The translations under genes and the position numbers were made by a program. 64,000 nucleotides of DNA from Adineta vaga. Taxonomy: Eukaryota > Animalia > Rotifera. How positions within the stretch are numbered: position 1 is the first letter of the stretch; each line of letters begins with the position of its first letter. The notes under the pieces were generated by a model. It did no database searches. It worked only from the letters and a program-made list of their open reading frames with translations, and was not told the DNA's origin. Where the stretch lies: NCBI GenBank assembly GCA_021613535.1, contig CP075492.1, forward strand, positions 620,001 through 684,000. Reading direction: 5' to 3'. Positions 1-12,639 of this stretch are shown here, piece by piece.

Positions 1-1073
1 AGGATATAGATATGAGTTTAAATGAGAGAACCCCCAAGACTAGTACTCATTACAAAATGGGATCCGAAAATAATCAATGCTACACAACCATCACCTCCTT
101 GTCTACCATCAAAAAGTTTGATAAATGAATATTTAGATGGCAGAAGATTGTCTTTATTTAAATATATTCACTGCATTATCAAATAATTTATCATCAAGAA
201 ATCTTCTTCCAGTGATGATTTATATTTCTGGTGGTGAATTCAATATCGATTAGGTGAATATCACGTAATAATGATATTAAAGGAAATTTTGGAATACTTA
301 ATAAACGTATGGCTATTGTCTGGGTAATAGATAACATCAATACATTTAGTAATGCTCCCAATCAAGTTTGAACACAATAAAGTTCTTTTCATAGATCACA
401 TTATATTTGGACAAAGTTATGGTGCACAATCAACTGTTCTTCATTATTTAACATGTTTTTCGATCTCATTCAGTTGATGAAATTATTATTGCTCAAAATA
501 AAGTAAATCTTCTACTTTCCTTTGAATCATGATTGCCAGTTATTGATAATGATATTGTTCATGGAATACTTATTCATACAATTCCAAATGTATCATTTCT
601 ACTTAAACCATTTATTATTGGTACATTAACTGATGAATGTTATGATATGATTTATTCGGCTTTGAAAACAAATATGACAGTTGGTCTCTTTGGTAAAATG
701 CATTAAAAATTCTTGAACATTATCCACCGATAAGTGGAAATGATCAACGATCAAATATCGCTCGAATTGCAACACACTGGATATTTTTTTGTTCAACTCG
801 TAATCAAATCATTTCACCCAATTGTAAATAACATGCTTGTCATGGAGATGAAGTACCTTATCTTTTTTAATCATTTTGTCAACGTTTTAGTGATATTGGT
901 CGATATATATCTCAAAGTATGGCTACTTATTGGACAAATTTTGCTAAAAGTGAAAATCCAAATAATTCATTGAGTGTACCTTTATCATGGTCAAAAGTCG
1001 CAAGTGGAAATGAAACTTATATGTTTATTTAAAAGATGAATGTGATTTATGGGATCAAACTGGTTATAAATAA
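1..1073 (+). pseudogene. Type-B carboxylesterase/cholinesterase-family pseudogene (5' part outside window)
   Basis: Manual translation gives ordered family motifs: EDCLYLNIFT (143-172), LPVMIYISGGEF, QYRLG, GNFGILNKRMAIVWVIDNI, FGQSYGAQS (GxSxG), PVIDND, IIGTLTDE, CHGDEVPYLF, YWTNFAKSENPN, CDLWD, stop 1071-1073. It has several stops, frameshifts and an internal deletion. Confidence 0.9.
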
Positions 1074-2046
1074 GACTTTATTTGAATAAAATAACAATAT
1101 ATTTTGTCTTTTCATTCCACTTCATCTTTTTTTTCTTCTATAATTATTCAATGATATACTAATAATACAACTGTGGTTTTGAATATCAATAGACGAATAT
1201 CTAGTTTGATGATGTGAATGAGTGAATGTCTGAATGAACACTATAATAAGCGAATTAAGCATTATTACCAAATACAATAATTGTTATATGATCTGTTGAA
1301 CCAAAATCGATTCGAATTTTGATAAATTCTTTTACAACAAATATATAATGAAATGATGTTAGAGCATTTGACTGTGTATTATTCTTAATAAATTTCATAT
1401 CATAGTGTTCACATAAATCTCTACCAATTCTACTCCCACACATATGAAGAAGTTTGCTACGTAATTTATGAATATTTCATCTAGTATAATTGAATTGCCA
1501 AAATCCCAAAATCAATATGATCTTTTTTGAAATCTGATCAACTTTTCTTGAATTGATGATCAGTTTGAGATACATGATGGTTATCTTCATCACCTAAATT
1601 TATAATAATGACATACACATATATTAGAATGTAGATGTTGACGAAGATGCTTTGTAAATAATCCATTTCTTTCTGGATTACTTCCATTCTGGCAACTATT
1701 CTTGATACAAGTGCAATTAATGATCCATCATTTATAGACACACCACTTTACTCAGAACTGTGAAGTTTTTTTAATTCATCGATGAAAATATTAATTGCAT
1801 TACGCTCTCTTACGATTCACATTGTGCGAAAGGACAAAATAATTTCAAAATTCCAGTTGAACTACTGTCACGTATCGGTACGGCGCAAAGAAACATTCTA
1901 GTTGTAGATTAAATCACAGATGGTGCCCTGGACTTAATAAAGTTCTAAAAGATATAACGCTTTGCTTCTGTTTAGAAAAGACAATCAGTGCTAAATTTCA
2001 AATGTTTTTATTTCAAAAGCATGTTTCAATACATAAAGTCAACATG

Positions 2047-5000
2047 TTAAGGTGTTAAATGGAATCGTTTCATAGTTTTAGCAATTATTGTATCAAATTT
2101 ACTTTTATAAACTGATGATGGTAAGACAAACACAAAAAATGTTAACATTGTTGGTATAAATGATAGAAAATAGCCAATTAAATGTAACCAAGGTTCACGT
2201 GCTGATCTCATACATCCACTTGTAAATGAAATGATAAGACGAGGTAAACTTATTAGTATTAACATACATGGTGCAATAAAAATATGTTTATGTTGTTGAA
2301 ATTGTAATTTTAAACCTTGTTTAAATGTTTGTTTTGATTCTGCTTTAAAACGTCTATGAGCAACTACTAGAATGAGTAGTAAAGCAGAAATTAAATTGAT
2401 TGCAAAAGGAATAAGAAAATGAAAAAGAATAATAAATGAATTGTAAATTGTTAATGAACGTGAATAGTTAGAAAAACACCATATTCGCTTTTGATTTCCA
2501 TCTAAATCATCAATCAATTGACGATGAAATGGATCATGAATATATGTAAATGTAGTTAAAATAAATACAACAAAAATCATTATTTTAGCTCTAGTCTTAC
2601 TTTTATTTTTATTAAAACTCACACCTTGAATGGCACTAATTGTTCGTTCAATAGCGACACATGCATTAAGCCATTCGCTTGATGCTAAAAAAACTTTGAG
2701 AATTATTTCAAATGAAATACAACCAACAAAGAGCATTGATCGATTGGTTATTAATGACATTTGTGAAAGGAGAAGATGAATAAATTTAATTGTTAATACA
2801 ATGATCAGACATATAGAACTAATTGATGATGCTAAAAGATAATAACCACAACCAACTTCTCGTGATGTTTTCATATGAAATATTATTACACATAATGATC
2901 CAGAACTTAATCCTAAAAGTAACATAATTGTAATGATAACAATGCTTAATTTGACAATAAATGGTTGTTGATTGAGTGAAACATTTGGTTTTATATGATA
3001 TCCAAGAATAGGATCAAGTAAAAATATGAAACCCTTTGTTGAAAGTTCACATCGAGTACCATAATAACAATCGTCACAGTTACATATAAATGTAGTTGGA
3101 CAAATTTCATTATCTAGAAAACATTGACCACCATGTTGACAAAGATCTTTTTCATGACAGTCATGTTTTAACGTATGATCAGATTCGAAACAATTGGAAA
3201 AACGATCAGAATCACATATACACATATTATATTCATCATAAAAACACATTAATTGTAAATGTTGTCGACATAATAATGGATAATATTTCAAACGACGTAG
3301 ATATTCATAGTGACGGATGGTATCGTTCACAAGATGAAGAACAAAAATACAACGTTGTTTTGATAATACTTGAGCATGAATATGTTCTAATGGAATAAAT
3401 TTTTCTCGTATTATACTTAAATAATAATCATTCTTAGGTATCTCAACGAAGAGAATATTAAATGATTGTGGCACATAAATAGTGATCGAATTCTGATTAA
3501 AAGCAACCTTCTTAAGTATCGTTGTTCGTTCATGTTGTGCTAATCTTTCATGTGCTGTTATGTAATGAATGAAGAATGATGAACTAATTGCTAATATTGT
3601 TTCATCTATATGAATATCGATTTGGTTACTTTTGAATTGACATCTTTCACCGAAATATCCTTCTTTACAGAAACAGATAAATGAATATAAATCGATGCGA
3701 TCATCGGTTGGTATGCATATGCCATCGTGTTGACATGGATTGTTTCTTGGTTGACATAACGTTCGCTCCAAATAACAACGTGAACCGAATTTGTTCAAAG
3801 GACATACACAGATAGATGGAGCAAGACAGAGTGAATCATTTGAACATTGACATTCATGTGTGATGTTACAGAATGAACCAGAATAACCTTCATCACATTG
3901 ACAAAAATATGAAGACTTTCTATTTGTATATTCCATACATCGACCATGTTCTCCACAGGGAAAAGAACATGGATTATTTTGTGGTGTCTTTGGAATAATT
4001 AATACAGTAGAGATTCGATTAACAGGTAGAAATTGAAATGGAATTGGTATATACCAACTGGTCCAATATTCTAATGTTATTTTATCAAATAGATCGATGT
4101 GAATTGAATAATTAGTTGATGAATATTTGGGACGATGTGGATAAATTAGATAGATGTTATATTTTGAGGTACAGTGACGAGAAGGAATGTATATTATTTG
4201 TTCATAATTGGGTGCAATTTTTCCTTGTTCATCAATGAGTATAATGATCAATTTGAAAATAACTGTAGTAGAAATAATACTTTGCGTTTTAAGATGAAGA
4301 GTCAAACTAATACGTTGATTTTGCCATTGACATTGAGAACCAAAATAATTCGGTGGACAAAGACATTTTTTTGATTGATTGGCACCGAATAAAACAACAA
4401 CGCCTTGATGACAGTACCAACGTAGTGCTATATCTATCTCAGGTATGATTTTCTTTTTGTCTTCATTTATTTTGGTTATAGATTGAATCGAAGGAATAGT
4501 AGATGATACTGGTGGAAAATAACCAAGTCCAGTAGTGATTAAAAAATCAATATAGTCAATAACAAAAGCCGTCGATTCGTAGTCGATGGTGCACAAATAT
4601 GTGTTACTCTTATCCAGTTGAGAAACTGTCATAGTGTTAGAAATAAAAGGAGGATATTGGTCATCTATACGACATTCTTTATCCTGTTCATCAACTGTTT
4701 CTAAATGATGATTACAAATACTGTTTCCACTGATACATTTAGATCTATTAAATGAATAGTAATCTTTGCTGATGTCATTTGTTTCATTGTAAAAGTAAAC
4801 TTCTGGAATATATTCAGCTTCCGTACAATTATCTATTCGTTTATAGAACATATAAGTTAACGGTAAGCAGTAAGTTAAACTCGAAGCTTTGTTTGTGCAT
4901 TGAAATGCATTGAACGAACAATTTGTATTCGGACAATTGAGTTCATCGATACCATTCAGACAATTCCATACTCCATTACAGCGTAAATACGGATTATTAC

Positions 5001-6942
5001 ATGGCCACAATTCACAGTTAGTTTCATCATTTTCATTTCCATCATTCAGTAAAGACACATGAAGTACCATGCCATCGCATAAAGCTGCAAACGGTACTGA
5101 CTTGTTGAAGGCAAATCTGTTCATTAAACGTTCATTTCCTGTCTTGGGACAATTTCGATTTCCATACTTTAATGCTACAGGCAGCAAGCAGTTGGTTTCA
5201 TGGGATATGCATTTAAGTCGATTTGAATCGTTCAACTGACATGCAGGAAATAACTCATCTTCGTTATAATCACAATCCCTGAATCCATTGCCGACCCGAT
5301 GATATGAGATACATTTCAAAGATACATTACAATGAAAATAGGATGAATTTTCACATGACACTTCAATATCGGTCGTCGAGCATTGACGATTGATGCGCGC
5401 GAAAAGTATATTCATAAAATGAAAATGTTGTGTCTCAATATTTTCTGTAAGATTAGAAATATGGCAACATGTAAGTCCGTCAATTATGTCGATGCGATGG
5501 ATAGTCGACGCTAATGAAGGACATTTTTGTGCATCAAAACATACAAAATCAGGAGCAACATTCCTCTTAAATTCGTCGACCGATCGATTAGTCATATAAA
5601 TAAATTGAAAATAATCGTACATAACAGGTTTTGCAGGTAAAGTTAGCCATTCATCTGAACAATGATTGGCTAAGAATTCACAGTTTCTAGACCAGTTACC
5701 TTCGAAATATATATTAGGGTCATGCGTGTTACCAACCAAAGTATAATCTAAAATATTATAAATTACAAAACAAAAAAGTATAATACGAAATTGAAAATAG
5801 AAGTTATATGGTATTATGAGTGTGGGTATTCTACTCATACATTACATCCACGCTTACCCACACCCTCACCCTCACCCTCAAGATGGTTATATACAACTAT
5901 AACTATACTCACCATAACTTCGATTGGAAAGAAGTAAACAGCGAAATGCTTCTCGACAGTTAACGTTCTTAATATGATCGAACGACGTGAACATAGCTAA
6001 AATCACTTGTTTGTCTCGTTCGTTTGCACAAGCAGATGAATGCGCTGGCATACCACTCTGGCTAAAGAATGCACCATTTCCACATGAAAAAGCAAGCGGA
6101 TACCGACTAGTACGCTCTTGACATCGAAACGAGAAAGAGTTACCACAAGCAGAGTTGGATAAAGGAATGTGTCGTAAGTTTTCGGCGCTCTCGTCACTGC
6201 CGTCGAGACAATCTACGTCAAGGTTGTCATCTCTTACAAATGTTAGTGGAATACACTGGCCACCATAATGACAACGATACTCATCATCAGCACATTTAGT
6301 CATCTCCAATATATCACACCATTGTTCATCTTCTCCACTCATACAGTCAGCTTTGCCATCACATACTTCACGCCAATCAAGACATAAAGCCCATGGTCCA
6401 CGGTCGCATTCAAATAAGAAACGATAACATGTAATAGTACTCATGTTGAGCGGGATGTGTGAACGATTAGACATAGTCGCTGTAACGATTTCACTGAATG
6501 ACATAGAGAAATTGTAAACAAAATGGTACTGACATTTTGAGCCAAACCATGATGATGAACAGTTATAGAAAACTTCTGAGCTACTATTATTCATTTCATA
6601 CCGTTCAGCAACATCAATAGTAGCTGACCAATTGAGAAGATGTTCACTAGTCACGCCTTGTTTGCTCAGTTCTTTGAAAGTGATATTTTGTGCTATGTTT
6701 TCTTGTGATATATCAGATTTCTCATCTTGTTCTTCGTCGTCATCATCGGGTCGTCGGCAATAAGGAGTCAACTGATCATTAGAAAAAATAGGTAGGTATT
6801 CACCTCTTTCGTTTTCAATGGTTTGAGCATACAGACAATCGAATGTCAAATACGAACCATGATGAATATCAGAATAATATAGTGAATATCGGACATCCAC
6901 TACGGTACACGAAGCAAAAAGTATTATTAAACGTATAATCAT
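2047..6942 (-). CDS. Large LDLa-repeat/EGF-repeat rhodopsin-like 7TM receptor, 2 exons (6942-5913, 5747-2047)
   Basis: Signal peptide, LDLa motifs (CLDWREVCDGKADCMSGEDE, CNGVWNCLNGIDELNC), EGF repeats and seven hydrophobic helices with CVAIERT at TM3. A phase-1 GT-AG intron at 5912-5748 joins the two ORFs in frame. Confidence 0.9.
5817..5884. repeat. Telomeric-repeat hairpin element 1 (in GPCR intron)
   Basis: TGAGTGTGGGT ... ACCCACACCCTCACCCTCACCCTCAAGAT. Confidence 0.75.
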
Positions 6943-8577
6943 CACTGTTAGGTGATTTTATGTTAAACTAGATAATTACTAATGCTTTTATATTTCTAGA
7001 TTTAGATAAATACATGACATTTTCTCGTTGACGGAAGCATAAAATGAATCAATATACAATAAATTTTGTATTCCGTTTCCTGCAAGCACAGAACAGATGT
7101 TGTTCCTGTTTCAACAAAAGAATATATCATAACTTACGAATTTAAATGAAGAATTAACGGTTTTAACAAGCAGTAGCTAACCGGATAGTTTATATCTCGA
7201 GCAAAAAAAGATAAAAACTATCTGGTGACGCAGAAACAAGTTTCTATGACCGATTTGTTTGACAGAAATACAATACTTTCGGGGTACGAATTCATATTTT
7301 CTTTAAACGATGAAAGGACTAGAGACGTGCGTATAGTTTATATATAAGTTCTTTTTGAATATATCGACTGTTACGATTTCCAACTATTAATTTAACATTT
7401 GTGGGAAGTAAATTCCATGTGTGTTGGTATCAGTATTAGATTGCGCTTTTTCATCCGTACCATTACAACAACACACACCATCTATTTTTCTTCCGATCAT
7501 TAATCATCACTTATAATCGAACAGAATAAGATCGCATCGTAAAATGGAGTATCAATTGCTAAATGAACTTATTTCATTCCCATCTCATATTACATGTGTA
7601 TAAAAAGAATCATTAAAACACTAGAGAAGCGTCTTATGTCAGAAACTAAAATAAACTTGGAATTAGCTCAAAAGATGTTCTGTTAGTAATTATAGTTATT
7701 TCCCTTTTAATGTAATTGAGATTTTCTATTTCAGGGTACGATCTGCACATTTAGCATTAGAAATCGCTTTACATCTGACAATATGACAGACTCTTAGTGG
7801 CGACAGTCAATATTTTATTTCGCTCTTGTTTATTCACTCATCAGCGATCTACTGAGTACTTTTGGTTTGATTTTATATTTGCTGCATCGTCATGGTTGAC
7901 TCTGATTCTTCGAAATGAATATTTTGATTGACTCATCTTGTCAAACTAGTTTGATTATCCAATTAAAAAAGATCGTATATAGCGATGTCTATTGATCAAC
8001 TATGAGAAGTTGATCAAAAAACACCACCACCGAATGTTTGAGTTAATTTATATACTATCGAACATAATCCCATTAAATCAACAAAATCAAGACGACCATT
8101 TTGATTTTTATCGTCTACGTGTTGGCTGGCTGGCGAAAACAACTAATCAATATTAATCAATTCTAGTTAAAAAATATTCGTTAACATTAAACAAACATTC
8201 TCAATCAAGTATTAAATATCTTTTGCATAAACATGTAGATCAATATATTACCAAGACGAGAACACTCTTTATAAATCATTTTTATCATAAGTTTGAGTTT
8301 TCAATGTACAATATGAATGGTAGAAACTAGTACATCTTTTGAAAAGACAAAAATTCTTGCCTTTTCTCTATGCAGTAGTTTATTCAATTATGTTTAGCTT
8401 CTAGTTGAATATGAGATTATTATAAAGATCCTAAAATTATAACATCCATTAAGAAGAAGAAACATGTATCTATACATTGAAAAATAATTTAATCAAGTAG
8501 TACAGAGCTATGATCTAAAACTAGAACTATAAATATGACTTAGACTCGGTGAAGAAAGATAATGTGATAATAATTTC

Positions 8578-9517
8578 TCAACATTTTTGTCTTTTTTGAT
8601 AATTGATTTTGGATGTTGAATCATGTGAATGTTTTCGATTAACAGTATGAGATGGTGCAATAATTTGTAAGTTATTATCACTAGGTTGAGCTGATGATAA
8701 AACAAGTGGTGAATTTGAACTGTTATTGTTGTTGTCTTCTTTAGCTTTCTGTTCCTTCAATAAACGGTTAATAAATTTACAACTGGAAGATTTCAAATAT
8801 CGATAAAAATTTGATGGAATGAGTTTATCATCAAGTTTTCCTAATATGATTCTTGCTTTACATTGACATTCAACTGGTGCTTGATTTTCATTTTGACCTG
8901 AGCATAATTCAGTTTGAAATTAATACCTTCTTTCAATTTAAAATTCTCTAAATTCAAATAATTCTCATTCAGAGACGACCACTCTTCAATGCACTTTATT
9001 GAATGATTTCTTTGATCATCGAGAGTAAAGGTGGAATGCATGAGTGTGGTAGTCACATTCGCTGTTATAGTATTATGATTTGTTGTTGATGGTAGAATTG
9101 AAAGTGAAGTATGATTAATTTGATGTTTTGGTACAATTCGTTTTGATTCCATTGACTTTCGTTCTCCTCCTTTTGATAAAATATCCAATAAACATTTAAC
9201 CTTGGTTTGGTTGGCTGTTTTCACAATTAATTCATTGTTATTAATTTTCAATAATAATTCATCACGTAATAAATTTGTTTCCAAGTCATCGATATTCAAA
9301 AATAAATATTAAAATATATCAGTTCTTAATAAAAGAATTGGCACTGAATTTAGCTCTTGTACACGAACTAATGTAGTTTGGACAAGGATATTCCGACTAG
9401 GTGTTCGATAAATGAATAAAAATCATCATCGACCAATGTCAACGTTTCCACAGGTAGTTTCGATGGATGAAAATATAACTCTTGTAATTTTGGAACATTA
9501 GCAAGAGCAAGAGACAT
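8578..9517 (-). pseudogene. Decayed accessory ORF divergent from the P-like transposase; shares its N-terminal domain and has a CxC...SNFYRYLK...C zinc-finger-like segment
   Basis: From ATG 9517: SKLPVETLTLVDDDFYSFIEHLVG...VQELNSVPILL.RTDIF, which aligns by eye to the N-terminus at 10367. Stops and frameshifts are present. Confidence 0.6.
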
Positions 9518-10366
9518 ATTGTAGACAGATGATTAGAGCAATAATCGTGTATATTCAACTTTCAGCACGATGGAAATAATTTTAAAAATTTCGAAAAAGA
9601 AGAACGGGAGAAGGAGAGAGAGAAAAGATTATAAAATCCAGGCATGTCTCGTGGCCAAATATTATGCTGAACAATATAGATATAGATAGAAGCAGTTCAA
9701 TTAGAGAGAAAAATACTAGACGATTATCTATCTTCCTCTCAATATTTCTTTTTCTTCACATTTAACTTATTAATTTGTCTGCAGACTGATCAGAATCAAG
9801 GGGTGACCATGTGATTCTTCATAGGAAAAGAAACTATGTTTGGGCATAGAAATATAAACGAATATCATAACCAAATAAGCAAATTCTTAGTTTTTTATTT
9901 TAGATCACGTATCCCATCTCTATCAAATTTAAGCCTAAATAAGAAAGGGACCATGTTATATCTTTTCTCTTTCAATCAAACCGATTGTTAACTGTCTCGT
10001 TTGCATAAAGAAAAATTCACTCTTTATCCAATGCTAGAGACCTGTTTGCGTGGATTTGATTCTGATAGGTTTCATTTCATTGTCATTAGCGTTCATTATT
10101 TCTAAAATTCAGTTTTATACATTCAAAAATGAATTTGAAAAAAGTTGAAAAACATTTCATTCCATGATGATACTCAACTGTCTTTGAACTTTTTCGACTA
10201 GAATGCTAATTGAATCTTTATGAAATACCGGACACAAACATCATAATAATGATGATAATAAAGAGAAACATATTTTGTTTCTTTTGATTTGCTTTTTATA
10301 CTTAAAACAGAATCGTAGATCTTTTTTTAGATTTTGTTCATCATACTGAAAGTCAACTGTTCGATT

Positions 10367-12635
10367 ATGCCTGTAATTGTCAATGTTCATGATATTTCTC
10401 GTTTACCCGAAAATGTTCGAGACGTAGAGGGGAATGATTTTTATCGATTAACAAAAAGCCTAGCTGGTGAATTATTTACATAAGTACTTAGGATACAATC
10501 TATTGATTCATTTTTTTTTATTTTCACAAGTAAAAGATGTTTTTGAAATATTCCAACATGATTATGAGACATTGAAAGATTTGAAATCAAGGATAGGATT
10601 CAGAACGAATGATGGAACATTTCATATAAAAAATGGTTTAAAAACACAGTATGAATATTTGTCAAAATTATTGAAATTAAAATTAGATTACAAACGTACA
10701 CCATCACAATCTCGTTCTGTAGAAAAGATAGATACTTTATTTCAAAAACATCCAATTCTTCTTTCACTTTTCAATTTATATCAAAATGAAATTACATCGA
10801 ATGATCAACCTGAATTTTTATTAATATTTATGAATACTATAACAAACAATCTGTCTGCATCTCATATGAGTCAGTATAGATATGATGAAAAATTGAAAAG
10901 TTTTGCAGTTTGGTTATAAATACTTGGAGGGAAAACAACTTATGAATTTATTAGATTAAACCTTCCTGGTGCATTGCCAACTCTTACAACAATTTATACT
11001 TTAATAGAAAACAATCATGAAAATATTACTGAAGCTAAATTTTGATTCGATCAAATGAAAAACTATCTCAATTCTTTGGATGTGCAATATGCATTTTGTG
11101 CAGAAGATTGTAAGTATTTAATGGATAATATTGGTTAGATTTGAGTTTCGTTTTTATAAACAAATCTTTAGGAAAATTCTATTTCTATCAAAGATTCAAT
11201 TAATGATCATAATCAGAGGGAAGATAATTTTTACTTATTTTGACTATACTTGCTAACTTTATTGTTGTGAAACAGAAAGCAAACTATAATTGTGTACTCT
11301 CTAGATTTTTGGAACCTTCTTCAGTTCCTTGAGAAAATTGACTTCTTTGAAAGAATTCAAAAAAATTGTCTTTCTGTGTTTCCAAAAGTTTAAAATATGT
11401 CTGAACTTAATAATTAAAAGGTTTCGATTGACTAATTTGTGTCCTACTAACAATAGTAATGATAGTGAATCAAAGCGTTTCAAAGAAAAGAACAGAAATA
11501 ACGTTTTTTATTTATTTTTTCTTATATTATAGGTACAGGTGTGATACGTCGAATCAAATACGATGAACATACAGATAGTTTCATTGGTTTTTGCACTCCT
11601 TTATCTGATGGTGTACCGATAACAAGTCGTTTTAGAACAAATTCACTAGCTGAACTAAACATGTGGATGGAAACGAATGAGAAAGCTCCACTATTGAGTG
11701 CTCATTGTATTCAAGCTATTCCGCCAGCAAATCAAACAACAGTTCCACTTAGTTTTATTTTATCTGCTTATGGAACTAGCAGCAAATATACGGCATTAGA
11801 TATTCTTAAACGATGGATATTCATATACAAGAAGTCGATTGAACGGATTGTGCGAATCATTGGTTTTTCTACTGGTAAATCGAACGCTTTTTAAGAATCT
11901 AAAAGTTTTGCTTATAACGATTGAAAATTATCAATAAATAGTAGTCTCATTTGAATAGTTTTTATTCAAAAATTTTCAATAAGAAACAAAAACGCTAGTT
12001 TATTTTGTGAAATTGTAAAGTCAGCATTTTTCGTAGTCGGTCCAAAATATCTTCTTTTGTCAAAACTGTCAAATAAAACAATTAGTCTACGATTATTATA
12101 AAATACTTTCTTGATCAAATAATAACCTAATGAAATATATGACTTCTTATTTATAACTTAGATGGAGACAGTAAATATTTTTGTGCTGTGCGCTTGATGT
12201 CTGGTTTCTATGCAAGTATGGCAAATCTCAATCCACATATTGACACGTCTGCATTTTCGATTCGAACTGATAATTGGTCTTGGTACTTTTTAAGACCTGA
12301 GCAAATCTTAGTTTTAATGCAAGATGCCACTCATTTGGTTACGAAGTTACGGAATCGTCTGCTGTCTACAACAGCAGAATTACGCATTGGTAATACAGAT
12401 ATAACACTCGAACATTTACAGCAGATACTTGATGATTCAGAAATAACAAAATTAGATCATGGGCTGACACAGACCGATTTAAATCCGGCAGATCGACAAA
12501 ATTTTCGATCATGTTTTAGAATTACAAATTCTGATGTTCTTAATTTACTGGGCCGTGATGAAGATGCTGATGGAACTCGTATGTATTTGCAATTAATTAA
12601 ATTTATTATAACTTACATTGAACCAACAACGTCCA
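10367..12635 (+). pseudogene. Intron-containing P-superfamily-like (THAP9/Galileo-related) DDE transposase pseudogene, truncated at the piggyBac insertion
   Basis: Motifs across exons: YRYDEKLK, GGKTTYEFIRLNLPGALP, AEDC|TG, GFSTD|GD, QDATHLVTKLRNRLL (DxxH), DRQNF. In-frame stops near 10481, 10917 and 11044. Confidence 0.7.
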
Positions 12636-12639
12636 TTAA

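Noticed and set aside
1255-1800. Short minus-strand ORFs, possible gene remnant
   Set aside because: No recognisable motif, and stops occur in all frames.
7800-7850. Second hammerhead-like core (minus strand CUGAUGA...GAAA)
   Set aside because: Stem II barely pairs and no stem I closes the structure; chance match or too decayed to call.
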